A stretch of DNA of 64,000 nt from Octopus sinensis (lineage: Eukaryota). Made by a program: the position numbers and the translations under genes. The notes beneath the pieces were generated by a model that did no database searches, was not told the DNA's origin, and saw only the letters and a program-made list of their open reading frames with translations. The DNA is taken from assembly GCF_006345805.1 (NCBI RefSeq), contig NC_043018.1, positions 19,468,001-19,532,000 of the forward strand, in the 5' to 3' direction. Of this stretch, positions 14,151-27,452 are shown in pieces. The first letter of the stretch is position 1. Each line of letters begins with the position of its first letter.

Positions 14151-14510
14151 CAATAATAACAAAGATGACAACAATAGAGGCGAAATGATCAAAATAATGA
14201 AGTGATGAAGTGATAAATAAGGAAACGAAGATGATAAGAGACAACAACAATAACCAACACATTTCAGATTCTGGGGATGAGAGCCAAATATTTACTTTGT
14301 CTTGATTTTGCTTTTGTTTTTTTCTGACATAAACCAATTCGATTTGTCTCGAACATTACAAACTTAATCATCTTTTACAGCTGCTTCTCTCTAATCAGTT
14401 TCAACAGATTTCATGTAGACAAATGTGTTTTCCCTGTCATCACCAATGGATTTAAAGTTATTTGTCATCAAACACTGCTTATTCTATTAATAAAACTGCT
14501 ACTTCAGTTT

Positions 14511-15140
14511 TTAGCCTGTTAGCATTCAGATATTACTCTGTCAAATGTAATGCTTGTTTGTTCACCTTGTTTGCAATTAATCATACATTATCTCATAGCT
14601 TTGAGATTTTAATGATGTGATTGTTTTATTTTTAGAATGACATTGTAGGTCATGAATGAGGCCAGATCTGGCTGGTCGTGGGGTCCCAGATTTGTTACCT
14701 GTGTACTGTTAGTCTGTCCCTCAAGGTTAAACTAGTTTGACCTATGTAGTTTCCACCACACTCTCTACATTTGAGAACATAGATTAAGTTCTTCAAAGCA
14801 CAAGTGAAGTGATTTTTTTATGGTATCAAAGTTTCAGTGATACTGAGTTAAGAGGGAGAAAAATAAGTTTTACCTGACTTAAATTTGTATGTTGAGCCCT
14901 CTAAGAAGAAGATGCAAATCCCGCAGTTAGGACAGTTGCACTTTTTGACTAGTGGGGTTGTATTTTTGGTGGGTAATTTGGCGCTGGTGAGTAACTTTTT
15001 TAGGGATTGCAATAGAATATTTATGCCTGATATGGTTCGTTTAAATGCTAATGAGTTAACGCTTTAGCATTCTAATTACTCAATCAATCTGATGTTTATT
15101 TATTCACATCATTCTGAATTAATCATGGATTACCTCATAG
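14511..15140. mobile_element. Decayed TTAA-bounded MITE (interrupted) plus the start of an adjacent copy
   Basis: Ends TTAGCCTGTTAGCATTCAGA.. and ..TTTAAATGCTAATGAGTTAA; related pieces at ~40565-41046 and ~59180-59280. Confidence 0.5.
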
Positions 15141-15284
15141 CTTTATCACTACAATATTCTACAAGAGATGACAATGTCTTTGAAATATTCTCCAGCAAAT
15201 GGTATTGTCACTACAATATTCTTCAATGAATGGTAATAACTCACTAAGATTCTACAACAAATAACAGTCTCTTTTCTGTTTTAA

Positions 15285-15412
15285 GAGATGAGGAATCATG
15301 TACATTATTTTCATTATTTACATTCGACGGATATTTGTCCTCATCTTGTATGTTGCTAACACAATGTTTCAGCTGATATACTCTCCAGCCTTCATCAGGC
15401 ATCTTGACCACG
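15285..15412 (-). mobile_element. Penelope-LTR-like unit with decayed hammerhead (family II)
   Basis: Minus strand GATGC-CTGATGA-AGGCTG..CAGCT-GAAA-CATT-GTGTT; homologous to 47770-47975. Confidence 0.7.
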
Positions 15413-15654
15413 GGCATATGGCATAGTTGGTACTTTTTATGTACCACCAGCCCAGGAGCCAGTTGGGGTGAGAGGGCTGGCATTGACCACGTCCTGATGG
15501 TGCTTTTTATGTGCCACAGGCATGAGGACCACAGCTATAATTTCCATTTGATTGCCATTTGATTTGATGTATTTGATTCAATGGGTCTCCTCCCTACTAT
15601 CCAATAAATAGATACACACACACACATACATATATTACATATATGCTTAATAAG

Positions 15655-15695
<41 letters not shown>

Positions 15696-15865
15696 GGTGC
15701 AGAAGTGGCTGTGTGGTAAGAAGCTTGCTTACCAACCACATGGTTCTAGGTTCAGCCCCACTGTGTTGCACCTTTGGCAAGTGTCTTCTACTATAGCCTT
15801 CGGCCAATCAAAGCCTTGTGAGTGGATTTCATAGATGGAAACCAAACGTAGCCTGTAGTTTGTAT
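15696..15865 (+). mobile_element. tRNA-derived SINE (family A), 5' half
   Basis: GTGGCTGTGTGGTAAG A-box-like and GGTTCAGCCCC B-box-like motifs, then GCACCTTTGGCAAGTGTCTTCTACTATAGCC; ends in (TA)n. Confidence 0.8.
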
Positions 15866-15874
15866 ATATATATA

Positions 15875-15912
<38 letters not shown>

Positions 15913-15914
15913 TA

Positions 15915-16115
15915 TATTAAATTAGAGACAAAACCACTATTAGGCAAATCAAACAATGAAAGACTTAGCCAATACATATGATTAATTTATATTATTTAAA
16001 TATGTAACAATTATTAAAAATATAATTAAAATCCACTACGATCGTTTCCTGCCTGCTGTCTTTAAATTTCATCAGGTGGTTTCAAAATTTTTGTTGGTGA
16101 ATTTTAAACAATGAA
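15915..16115 (-). mobile_element. ~200-bp unit between (TA)n tracts with hammerhead-like motif lacking helix II (family IV)
   Basis: Minus 16079-16033: CCAC-CTGATGA-20 nt unpaired-GAAA-CGATCG-TA-GTGG. Confidence 0.5.
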
Positions 16116-16444
16116 CTATATATACATATATATATGTATATATATATTTGATAGAAATGGCAAAACAACAAAAGCATGAAACAGACCTCGATATTATGTA
16201 AACAGAGGAATTTATCTGCAAACTGGCACTATGACCTGGTGTTGCTGGGTCATAGTGCTAGTTTTGTGCTAAATCCCTTTCTTTATTTTGGAAATTATGT
16301 TTGCCTTTTCATCACATATGTTTTTTAACACATTTGACTGAACCTCTGCAGATTCTAAGCCGGTCACGTGAAAAACTGTGGATTTGTATAAAGGACACAC
16401 AAACACACAGACACAGAAATTTTTGCCGTTGATAATTATATATA

Positions 16445-16516
<72 letters not shown>

Positions 16517-17103
16517 GTGTGTATATATATATATATGTATGTATTATATATATATGTGCGTGTATATATATATGTGTGTGTATATATATGTATATATTTG
16601 TGTGTGTATGTCCCTACCATCACTTGACAACCGATGTTGGTGTATTTACATCAGCTTGTTCGACTAAAGGTGGTGGTCCAGCATGGCTACAGTCAAATAA
16701 CTGAAACAAGTAAAAAATAAATGAATAAACGAATATCTACATACATACATACATATATACATATATCATATATACACACATCTATGTATCACATATATGA
16801 TTAATAAATTACATATTGTGCTTTATTTATATATATATATGTGTGTTTGTGTGTGTGTATTTATACAAATATATATATATGAAGCATGTATGATAAATAT
16901 GTGTATATTTTTTATGCGTGTGAGCATTTGTGTAAGAGTATGTTTGTGTGTGTGTGCGTGTGTGTGTTTTAGTGAGTATTATGCTGATATCCCCTGGAAA
17001 AACCTGATATATATATATGTAGATATGCAATAAATCATACACAGGTTAATGCTTTGTGATTCTTAGAGTCAAATCCATTTCTATATTGATATGATTTATG
17101 TCT

Positions 17104-17134
<31 letters not shown>

Positions 17135-17231
17135 CATTCAACTTTGCAAACTGGCAGACATGCATACAAAGATGCACACATGCACAAATCTATTTATCTA
17201 TCTATCTATCTATCCATCTACCCATCTATCC

Positions 17232-17278
<47 letters not shown>

Positions 17279-17311
17279 CATCTACCCATCTATCCATCTA
17301 TCTATCTATCC

Positions 17312-17354
<43 letters not shown>

Positions 17355-17394
17355 AATCTATCTATCTATTTATCTATCTACCCATGGATAGATG

Positions 17395-17441
<47 letters not shown>

Positions 17442-17450
17442 GGATAGATG

Positions 17451-18261
17451 GTTAGAGCGACGAAACCGTTCTGCACGCACTCGTTCAGTGTCCAACAATT
17501 CCGACCTGTGGGCTTATGTCGAAACACTGCTGTCACGTGTGGGACGAGTCGGTTATCAGTGAGTCTTCGTCAATATTGTCACGCCTCCTTCCTTCAACGG
17601 GAAGGAAGAGCTATTTTCTCATCCTTGTGGCTATGGCGAAAAGATGTATCTGGTGGACGCGTCTGAAAGGATGGAGACAAACACTTTCCTCTCTGGTCAA
17701 TCTCTCATCAACTTCTTCAAGTACACTTGAAAAGGAAAGTGAGAGTAGAGAGGCAAGTTTTGTCTAGCGAATGTTTTAAAAAAAGATGGTGAAAAGTGTG
17801 TGAATGTAGCAAGAATGGCACGTATGAATGACGAAGCCACCTTGAGCATAGTCCTATGAACCCAGAACTCGAAAACAGAGAGTTGCTTATTGCAAAAAAA
17901 AAAAAAAAAAAAAAAAAGAAATATAAAATGTGACTTCATTGACCGAGGTTACCGTGGTCTTTCCGCAGGCTTTTCTTTCCCCGGGTAAACCTCACTCACC
18001 TGTGTCCTCCCCTTTTACACTTCATATTGACATTTCTGTGATAACGATCCCTATTGATCATTTCCCCCCCCCCCCTTTTTTTTTTTTTTTTTTTTTAAAC
18101 CCCCTTATTTTTGTCCTCTTTCTCCTTTTACGATCCCTTTTGATCGAACCTCCCCCTTCCTTTTTTTTTTTTTTTTTTTTTTAATACCTTCAAAAAAAAA
18201 AGCTCTACCTTGTAATTTGTTCTATCTGTGTGCAGCCCTGTGTGGCTAATAAAGAAACATA
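17451..18261 (+). mobile_element. Third Tx1/L1-clade LINE copy, starting at the zinc-knuckle remnant
   Basis: SDETVLHALVQCPT..DLWAYVE (HxxxxC half of CCHC) with frameshifts; 3' end AATAAAGAAACATA followed by (TCTA)n. Confidence 0.78.
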
Positions 18262-18266
18262 TCTAT

Positions 18267-18315
<49 letters not shown>

Positions 18316-18319
18316 AATC

Positions 18320-18350
<31 letters not shown>

Positions 18351-18526
18351 TGATCTATCAACTCCCCCACACACATATATGAATATATAGAGAGAATTAT
18401 CATCATCATCTTAATATATATCTGTACAACTCGTTTTATTCAAATATATATATTAAAATCGATACATTTCTAACCTTTTCTTACTGTAGTGTCTCTTTCT
18501 CTATCTCTGTCATAAATATATATATG

Positions 18527-18569
<43 letters not shown>

Positions 18570-18571
18570 GT

Positions 18572-18625
<54 letters not shown>

Positions 18626-18876
18626 GCCTTTTATAATAAGAGATATATATATGTATATATACATACACACACATACATATATATTTGTATTTCTACATAT
18701 ATATACACATATATCTATATAGCTAAAGAATTCTTGATCTGCATTTTTCAAGCGATTCTGATCTCTATTAGTGTATATGTTCTCGTTCATATGTTAACTA
18801 CAGCATTAGAGCATTTTAACTCTTATTTCTAGCAATGTAGGAGTTTCTTACCACCCTAGTCATGTTTAGTGACGAT

Positions 18877-18907
<31 letters not shown>

Positions 18908-18908
<1 letters not shown>

Positions 18909-19180
18909 GGAATGGCTGTGTGGTAAGTAGCTTACTTACCAATGACATGGTTCTGGGTTCAATCCCACTGTGTGGCACCTTGGGCAAGTTTTTGCTATTA
19001 TACATATACACATTTACGACGGGCTTCTTCCAGTTTCTATCTACCAAATCCACTCACAAAGCTTTGGTTGGCCTGAGGCTATAGTAGAAGACACTTTGCC
19101 TAAGGTGCCACACAGTGGGACTGAACCCGGAACCATGTGGTTGGTAAGCAAGCTACTTACCACACAGCCACTCCTGCGCC
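18908..19180. mobile_element. Two family-A SINE heads in inverted, tail-to-tail arrangement
   Basis: 18908-18990 (+) is complementary to ~19095-19178 (-). Confidence 0.8.
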
Positions 19181-19610
19181 TATAAACATAGATGATGGCT
19201 TTGCTGACCAAAACTTCAAAGTCTTTGTCAAAAACGTTGTTTAAGAATAATTAATTTGGGACACCACAAAATTATATAGTAAACCCTCAGATTATATATA
19301 TCTATATATATCTGTGCGTGTGTGTGTGTGTGTGTGTCTACCTTTCATATACAGGACAGGGCTTTATTTTTGCACATCCTGTCATTTAAGCCACCACCAT
19401 TATATTTCATTTTACTGTTGCTCTGAACATGATTACGTTTAGTCATTTGTTCTTTTTTTCTTTTTTTTGAGCTCTTTGATAAGCTGCTTTGCACAGAAAA
19501 AATATTTTAAATATATTTAGCATAAGATGTTGCAAGATATTTATTTCTATTATTACTATATATATATATACAAAATGCACAAATGTACCTATATATGTGT
19601 TCGTGTGTAT

Positions 19611-19665
<55 letters not shown>

Positions 19666-20236
19666 ATATATAACGTACATACATACATACACATATATGT
19701 ATTTATATAATATATATATATATATGTATAATATGTTAATAAAATAGAACATATGCATATATATAAACATATATGTACGTACCTACCTCTACATGTACAT
19801 ATACACGCATATATGTGTACAGGACACCAAAAAGACGTCGAACACATAGAGAGACGAAAAACATAGACACAAACCAAGGAACATATACAAATATACATAT
19901 ATATATATGTATGTATATTTACACTTATATATATATGTTAATATATACATACATAATACACACATATATATATGTATGTATGTATGTATATGGAGGGCTG
20001 TATACATAGAAGCACACCAACATTTATCTGTATTTTTTCTACCTGTATGTATATATATCTATACATACAGATACATATCACACACACACATATACACACA
20101 CACACACCACACACTTACAAAAAGCAATATACACCCACACACAAACCAATACATATCTATATATATATATTTAAATCTATATCTATATATATATTTATAT
20201 CAATCTCTCTCTCTCTCTCGCTCTCTCTCTCTCGCG

Positions 20237-20292
<56 letters not shown>

Positions 20293-20318
20293 CCATACAC
20301 AAACCAATACATATCTAA

Positions 20319-20351
<33 letters not shown>

Positions 20352-20689
20352 TATACATATACACATCTGCACACAGCCACGGGTGTACACACATACAGAC
20401 ACACACACACACACACACGCACACACAAATATTCATTCGGCTGTTATTAAATTCTGTCGTTTTATAAGTTTTTTCAGTTGAAAGCCAAACTATGGTAAGA
20501 TTGGAATGAAGAATATGAAATATCAAAATAACAAAACCAAACACAAAGAACGCCAAAAAGATCGGATGGAAAACAGCCTCTCCAAAGCCAGACATCAGGA
20601 CATCTATTAGAATATTAAGCTAGTTTTTTGAAAACTTTTTTGTCGCAATATTTGTTTATAGGAAAAAAATTTACATTAATATAAAATCC

Positions 20690-20983
20690 ATGATGGTTTT
20701 TGTTGTTGTTGTTGTTGTTGTTATTATTATTATTATTGATGTTGTTGTTGTTGTTATTGTTTTAATAAATTTTTTTTTATTTTACATATAAGCTTCTTTG
20801 GCATGTTGTTGTTGTTGTTGTTTTGCTGTTGTTGTTGCTGCTGCTCTTCTTCTTCTTCTTCTTCTCCTTCTTCTTCTCCTTCCTCTTCTTCTTCCTCTTC
20901 TTTGTCTTCGTGTTCATCTTCATGTTCGTCTTCGTCTTTGTCTTCTCCCTCTTCTTCTCCTCCTCCTTCTTCTTCTTCTTCTT

Positions 20984-21016
<33 letters not shown>

Positions 21017-22140
21017 TTTCTTCTTCTTCCACTTCTTCTTCTCCTCTTCTTCTTCTCCTTCTTCTTCTCCTTCTCTCTTTCTCTTCTTCCCTCTCTCCTT
21101 CTTTCTTCTTCTTCCTTTCCTTCTCCCTCCCCTTCTCTTTTCTTCTTCTTCTTCTTCTTTCGTTCTTTCTTCTTCTTCTCTTTCTTCTTCTTCTACTTCT
21201 TCTCCTCCTCCTCCTCCTTCTTCTGCATCCTCATCATCACCATCACTGTCACCATCACCACCGTCATCATATCACCATCATCATCGTCATTGTCGTCCTC
21301 ACCATCGACTTCTCGTTTTCTTCTTCATATCACCATCACCATCACCATCACCATCACCATCACCACCACCATCACCATCATTTATTTATTTGTTTGTTCA
21401 TCTATTTCATTCTCTTACCCAAATTCAAACTCTCCTCCTCATCTCTTCAAATGTCTCTTAATTCCATCTTCTTCTCTCTTCTTCGCAAAAGACACCAAAA
21501 ATGCTTTCAAGACTTCCTTCTTTTGCACCAATTTTCAACCAAACTGAAATTCTTCTTCTTCTTGCCATCGATGTTCCTATTGTTGTTTTTGCTGTTGTTT
21601 TAATTTTTGCTTTTTTTTGTTTTTGCTGTTGTTTTAATTTTTGCTTTTTTTGTGTTTTTGCTGTTGTTTTAATTTTTGCTTTTTTTTTTGGTTTTTTGTT
21701 GTCGTTTTTGTTGTTGTTTTCGCTGTTCTTGTTTTGCTGTTATTTTTGTTGTTGTTGTTGCTATCGTTTTTGTTGTTGTGTGTTGTTGTTTTTGTTATTT
21801 TTGTTTTTTTTGTTGTCGTTATTTTTGTCACTGCTTTTGTTGTTGTTTTTGCTGTTGTTGCTGTGTTTTTTGTTGTTATTGTTTTTATTGTTGTTCTTGT
21901 TTTGCTGTTGTTTTTTTGTTGTCGTTATTTTTGTCACCGCTTTTGTCGTTGTTTTTGCTGTTGTTGCTGTGTTTTTTTTGTTGTTATTGTTTTTATTGTT
22001 GTTCTTGTTTTGCTGTTGTTTTGTTGTTGTTTTTGCTCTTGTTTTTATTGTTTTTGTTGTTTTTGCTGTGGTTTTTATTGTTGTTGATTTTGCTGTTGCT
22101 TTTGATGTTTTTTCCTGTAGTTTTTATTGTTGTTGTTTGT
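20690..22140. repeat. Compound (TTG)n/(CTT)n/(CAT)n low-complexity tract
   Basis: Direct reading. Confidence 0.93.
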
Positions 22141-22907
22141 GGCTTTTACCTGATATTTGTCTTTTAATCTCAGGAGATCCCTATTCATCATAAAAGGGAA
22201 TGAAAGGCAGAGAGTCCCTGTCATACAAAATCCTGATAGTCCACAGGTTTTCACACTATGTTTTTTCCTAAGAGCATCAACAGCTGTTGCTACTACTACT
22301 ACTACTACTACCACTACTACTACTACTACTACTACTAGAGCACCTGTTGCTGCTGTTGCTGCTGCTGTATACATTTATATATCAATCAATCTGTGTATCA
22401 TACTTAATGTAGACACATCACAGAACGTCAGAAGAACTGTGGCATTCGTCTTGATGAACTCAGCTGTGCTTGGTTGGGGTTAATATCGAAACAGCCAGTT
22501 CTGAAGGTCAGAGGACATCACAGTAGTAGTAGTAGTAGTAGTAATAGCAGCAACAGCAGTAACAATAGTATTAGTAGTAATAGTAGTAGTAGTAACAACA
22601 GCAGTAACAGTAGTATTAGTAGTATTAGTAGAAGTAGTAGTAGTAGCAGCAGCAACAGCAATAACAGTAGTAGTAGTAATGGTTGTGGTCATTGTCCTTG
22701 TAGTGGCAGTGGTGGTAACAGTTGTAGAAGTGATGGTGTTGGTGGTAGCAGTAATGGTGGCAAGAAGTAATTGTAACAGTAGTGGTGGTGGTGGTAGTGG
22801 TGGTGATGGTAGTAATGGTATTAGTGGTGTTGTTGGGGTGGTTAGTAGTAGCGGTGATAGTGGTGGTAGATATGGATGTGATTGTAGTAGTAGTGGTTGT
22901 AGTAGTG

Positions 22908-22940
<33 letters not shown>

Positions 22941-22968
22941 TGGTGGTGGTGGTGGTGGTGGTAGTAGT

Positions 22969-23001
<33 letters not shown>

Positions 23002-23039
23002 GGGGAAAAAAAAATAAACAGAAAATGAGAGGAGACGGT

Positions 23040-23240
23040 GCATCATCTTTGAGTAGGTGGGGCAGTGCAGGTGGGGGTTCGGAGTGTGTCTCTGCGAAAG
23101 TTCTTGCCAACCAAGCAGATAGCTTTCTTTTGGATGCTTGTCTAAAATAATGGTGTACGAAACAGCAAACGGTGCCATCGTTCCAGATTTGTGATCAGTT
23201 CTTCTCTCTATTTCAGCGAACATTGATTTTAATATAATTA
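23040..23240 (-). pseudogene. Possible very old LINE RT C-terminal remnant
   Basis: With frameshifts reads ..IWNDG..ILD/SIQKKAICLVG, reminiscent of the L2/CR1-group motif HIW..LDxIQKKAIRL. Weak. Confidence 0.3.
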
Positions 23241-23559
23241 TGGAATGGTGATTAAAACCACCCAACCATGTCAAATGTAGAAAGAAAAGTAAATTGAAAC
23301 AATACTGATGTAGATAAAACAAACTTGTTTCTCTCCATATTTGGTAGAATTTGGTGATTTCCAGCTGTTGTTTGATAATTATTTAAACTTCCCAACCACA
23401 TGGTTCTGGGTTCAATTCTACTGCATGGCACCTTCGGCATCTAACTGTCTTGTTTTCTCCTATATCTAAGGTTGACTAAAGCCTCGGGAGTGGATTTGGT
23501 AGATGGAAACTGAAAGAAGCCTGTCATAAATATACATACATAGACACACACCTACATAC

Positions 23560-23656
<97 letters not shown>

Positions 23657-23686
23657 TAAATATATTTATTTATATATATATATATA

Positions 23687-23897
23687 AAGTTAATCCAAAC
23701 AAGAAAGCACAAAAAAACACCACAAAGCGAGGACGTGGAACAAATATAGTATTATTGGATGCTCAGGAAAGAAGGAAAGAAGGAGGGTTTAACGTTTCGA
23801 GCGAAGCTCTTCGTCGGAAACATAGGAGAAGGAAAGATCCAGAGAAGGGAAGACAGAGGAAAAAACATTGCCAACTGTACACACGAGGTCACATTTT
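23687..23897 (-). mobile_element. Penelope-LTR-like unit (family III) with hammerhead variant
   Basis: Minus 23821-23787: GTTT-CCGACGA-A-GAGC ttc GCTC-GAAA-CG-TT-AAAC; abuts (TA)n; copies at 53428-53605, 54093-54295, 54392-54603. Confidence 0.75.
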
Positions 23898-24214
23898 GAA
23901 AATTTAATTCCAAGAGAGTTAGAGGTTGTGAATCCAACCAACTAAGGGATAATATCTATCCAATATACTTGCTGGTAGAGCACCCAATTATTAATACACA
24001 AGTGTTTTTTATTGCATGGCAATTACACTACTGGACATAATAAATGGGTGAGGATAAAACAACAGTTGTTTTACCCTTAATTTATACAGCAATAAACCAT
24101 CCAACCCATGCCAGCATGGAAAAGGAATATGTGATGATGATGATGCTGATGATGTTCAATATGATAACAAAATTCTTCAACGATCTCACTGTGTCCCTTA
24201 TAAAGGGCATACTC

Positions 24215-24473
24215 TTTTTACTCTTTTTACTCTTACTCTTTTTACTCTTTTTACTCTTTTACTTGTTTCAGTCATTTGACTGCGGCCATGCTGGAGCACC
24301 GCCTTTAATCGAGCAACTCGACCCCGGGACTTATTCTTTTGTAAGCCCAGTACTTATTCTAACAGTCTCTTTTTGCCGAACCGCTAAGTGACGGGGACGT
24401 AAGCACACCAGCATCGTTTGTCAAGCAATGCTAGGGGGACAAACACAGACACACAAACACATACACACACACA

Positions 24474-24511
<38 letters not shown>

Positions 24512-24680
24512 TACGACAGGCTTCTTTCAGTTTCCGTCTACCAAATCCACTCACAAGGCATTGGTCGGCCCGGAGCTATAGCAGAAGACACTTGCCCAAG
24601 ATGCTACGCAGTGGGACTGAACCCGGAACCATGTGGTTGGTTAGCAAGCTACTTACCACACAGCCACTCCTGTGCCTATA
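24215..24680 (-). mobile_element. Full-length family-A SINE (tRNA head, internal TA/TG microsatellite, GAGTAAAA-repeat tail)
   Basis: Near-identical full copy at 46758-47168(-); partial copies near 16590-16720, 28415-28730, 42335-42480, 47408-47565, 48130-48325, 50650-50830, 57890-58120, 63185-63400. Confidence 0.85.
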
Positions 24681-26061
24681 CATGGTACATGTTCTTCAAC
24701 AATATACCAATGAACGCCTGTTGCTGACAACATGGAATTCTGGCTCAACAAATTACGGCTTTCCTTCAGTAATTACTGTATTAAACTATTAAACTATTAG
24801 AATCTCCCTATTGATTTTTCGCTCCTTGAATATAGTTTGTTGAGTCAGTTCTCTTCAAATATATGTAATGGCAGTTATGGATTCTGGTTGCCGTGGATTT
24901 ATCGTTGCTATGGAGCTTACGGTGTTCTCAGTTCTTGTGTAATCAACATCAGAGAATTAAATTCTTTTGTTTTAATAAACAATGAACTATTGTAATTACA
25001 TTTGCTTGTATAATGATCGGTTGCTGTCGTTGGCATGGACTGTCGGTATATTGGTATCAATGCATTCTTTATTTAGTAAAGAATTCTTCAAGCGCTGACA
25101 AGATCATGGCAACTGTAATTTACAGCTGCAGTTTACAGATTATTTTGCTAATGCCAAAAAATTTTTTTAAACTAGCGGAGAAACAAAAAAATTGCATGAG
25201 AGTTGCAGCTAAAAACTGTGATGAGTGCAAAAATTTAAAACAGAAACGAAGCAAATAATTATCGCTAAATTAGAAAATGAAATTATATAAAAAAAAAAAT
25301 TTGTTTATAGTTTTTTTTTTGTGTTTTTTTATTTTTTACAAAGATATTTTACTTTATTAAAAATTAGCATCAGAGGAGAAAGAGAAAAAAGTAAAGGCGG
25401 CATTAAATTTGGTAAAACACTTGTATTGAGTCTGCAGACAACAACGAGAAGAACAGAACTGAACCAACAATAGCTACAACAACAACAATGCCGACAACAA
25501 CAATGACAACATCAACACCAATCAGATCAAACAATGTTTCTTTCTTTTCTTTTCGCTATGATTATAAAGCCATCATTTTATATTAGCAGCTTTCCAATTC
25601 GGTTATTCTAACCTCATATCTTAACCACATGGGGCATTTTGTTAGAAATAATTCTATTTTACAATTTTATTAATTAATTAATTTCATAATTTGATTTCTT
25701 CTTCACCTTCATCTTTAGTTTTATTAATTTCGGGTTTAGTTTAATTTCATGATATTTCATTTTTATTTTATTTTTTCATTTTTATTTTATTTTTTTTATT
25801 TTTATTTCATTTTATTGTATTTATTTTTGTCTTGAAATTGGTTATCTCACATTGTGTTATAAAATCTACAAAAAAAAAACACCCCAAACAAAAACTGAAA
25901 TGGGCAAACAATGAAAATATGTAAGGTCTTTATACATACCTACATACATACATACATATATATATACACACACATGCACACACACACACACACACGTGTA
26001 TGCGTGCATGCATGTGCTTTTGTGTGTATGTGCATGTATGAATATACGTATATATTTGATG

Positions 26062-26094
<33 letters not shown>

Positions 26095-26159
26095 ATGTGT
26101 ATATATATATGCATACACACAGATGCACACACACACATATATATATATATATGTGTATA

Positions 26160-26206
<47 letters not shown>

Positions 26207-26216
26207 TATATATATA

Positions 26217-26286
<70 letters not shown>

Positions 26287-26357
26287 ATATGTATATATAT
26301 GTGTGTGTGTGTGTGTATGTGTATATATATATGCATACACACACACACATATATATA

Positions 26358-26407
<50 letters not shown>

Positions 26408-26588
26408 TATACATATATATATATGTATATATATGTGTGTGTATATATATATATATATGGCAATTTGTTTGTAATCCTGGAGATTATTACTATTTGTCGT
26501 TGTAATTCATTTCCATATTATTATCACGGGGTGGGGGGCGAGGAGGGAGAGTGCACGAACCAATGGGTTAAACATCCACATGTCACTT

Positions 26589-26635
<47 letters not shown>

Positions 26636-27452
26636 GAAACAACAGAAACAGCCAAACTTCCAAATAAACACAGCTGGAAGAAAGTTTATATCTGTATTTC
26701 TTTTTGTTTCGTGTTTGTTTAAATTCATTTATTTCAAAAAAAAAAAAAATTGTTGTTCTTTTTTTTTTTCTTTTCTAAATCCTCCCCACCCCCCACCCCC
26801 ACCCCACCGCCCACTCTGGTAGTCCTCATCTTGTCAAATAATTGATCCTGAAATAGCATATTCTTTTCAGTAATGTTAGCAAATCAATTAAGGTTCTCTG
26901 TGTGCAAACAATTTCAAACTGTTTTTTTCTAAAGTAATTGATTTAGCATTTTTCAAGTTTGCCTAATGTGAACGCTGAATGATGCAGCAGATTGCTGCCA
27001 TTGTATTGTTCAAGCCGTTATGTGCTGCACTGAAATTACTTAAGGCTCAGTATTGTCAAGGCTGTGGTCAATAAAGTTGATAAAGGTGTGAGACAAAGAT
27101 AAATCCTTGGCAATTTTTGCCATTGTCTTCTTGTTTTCCAAGCTGGCTGTTGTAATGGGAAGAAATCTCCGATTATATAAAGCTGTTTGTATTTCCGTTG
27201 AGAGCCATTTTGCAAGTCTGTTCCTGCAACAATTGTTTCCCAGGTGAAAGTCCAGCCAGAAAAAGGAAAAAAAGAAAAAATGTAGACTGTAGAATGTCGC
27301 CGGCACAGCTGTGTGGTATGAAGTTTATATCCCAACCTCAAGGTTCCAGGTTCAGTCCTGTCCTGTAGTGGGGAAACCTTGGTCAAGTATCTTATGCTAT
27401 AGCTTTGGGCCAGGTCACATGACAGACATCATTTAATTTAATTTTATTTTAT

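Noticed and set aside
11895-14188. His-rich ORFs as cephalopod beak or structural proteins
   Set aside because: They lack the Gly/Ala-rich His motifs and a signal peptide; openness is explained by the repeat unit.
14392-14484. Minus-strand terminal-exon-like NKQCLMTNNFKSIGDDRENTFVYMKSVETD*
   Set aside because: Short, weak acceptor, no recognisable homology.
22150-22180. 31-nt minus-strand micro-exon DLLRLKDKYQ
   Set aside because: Splice signals are plausible, but it sits between microsatellites with no linkable exon.
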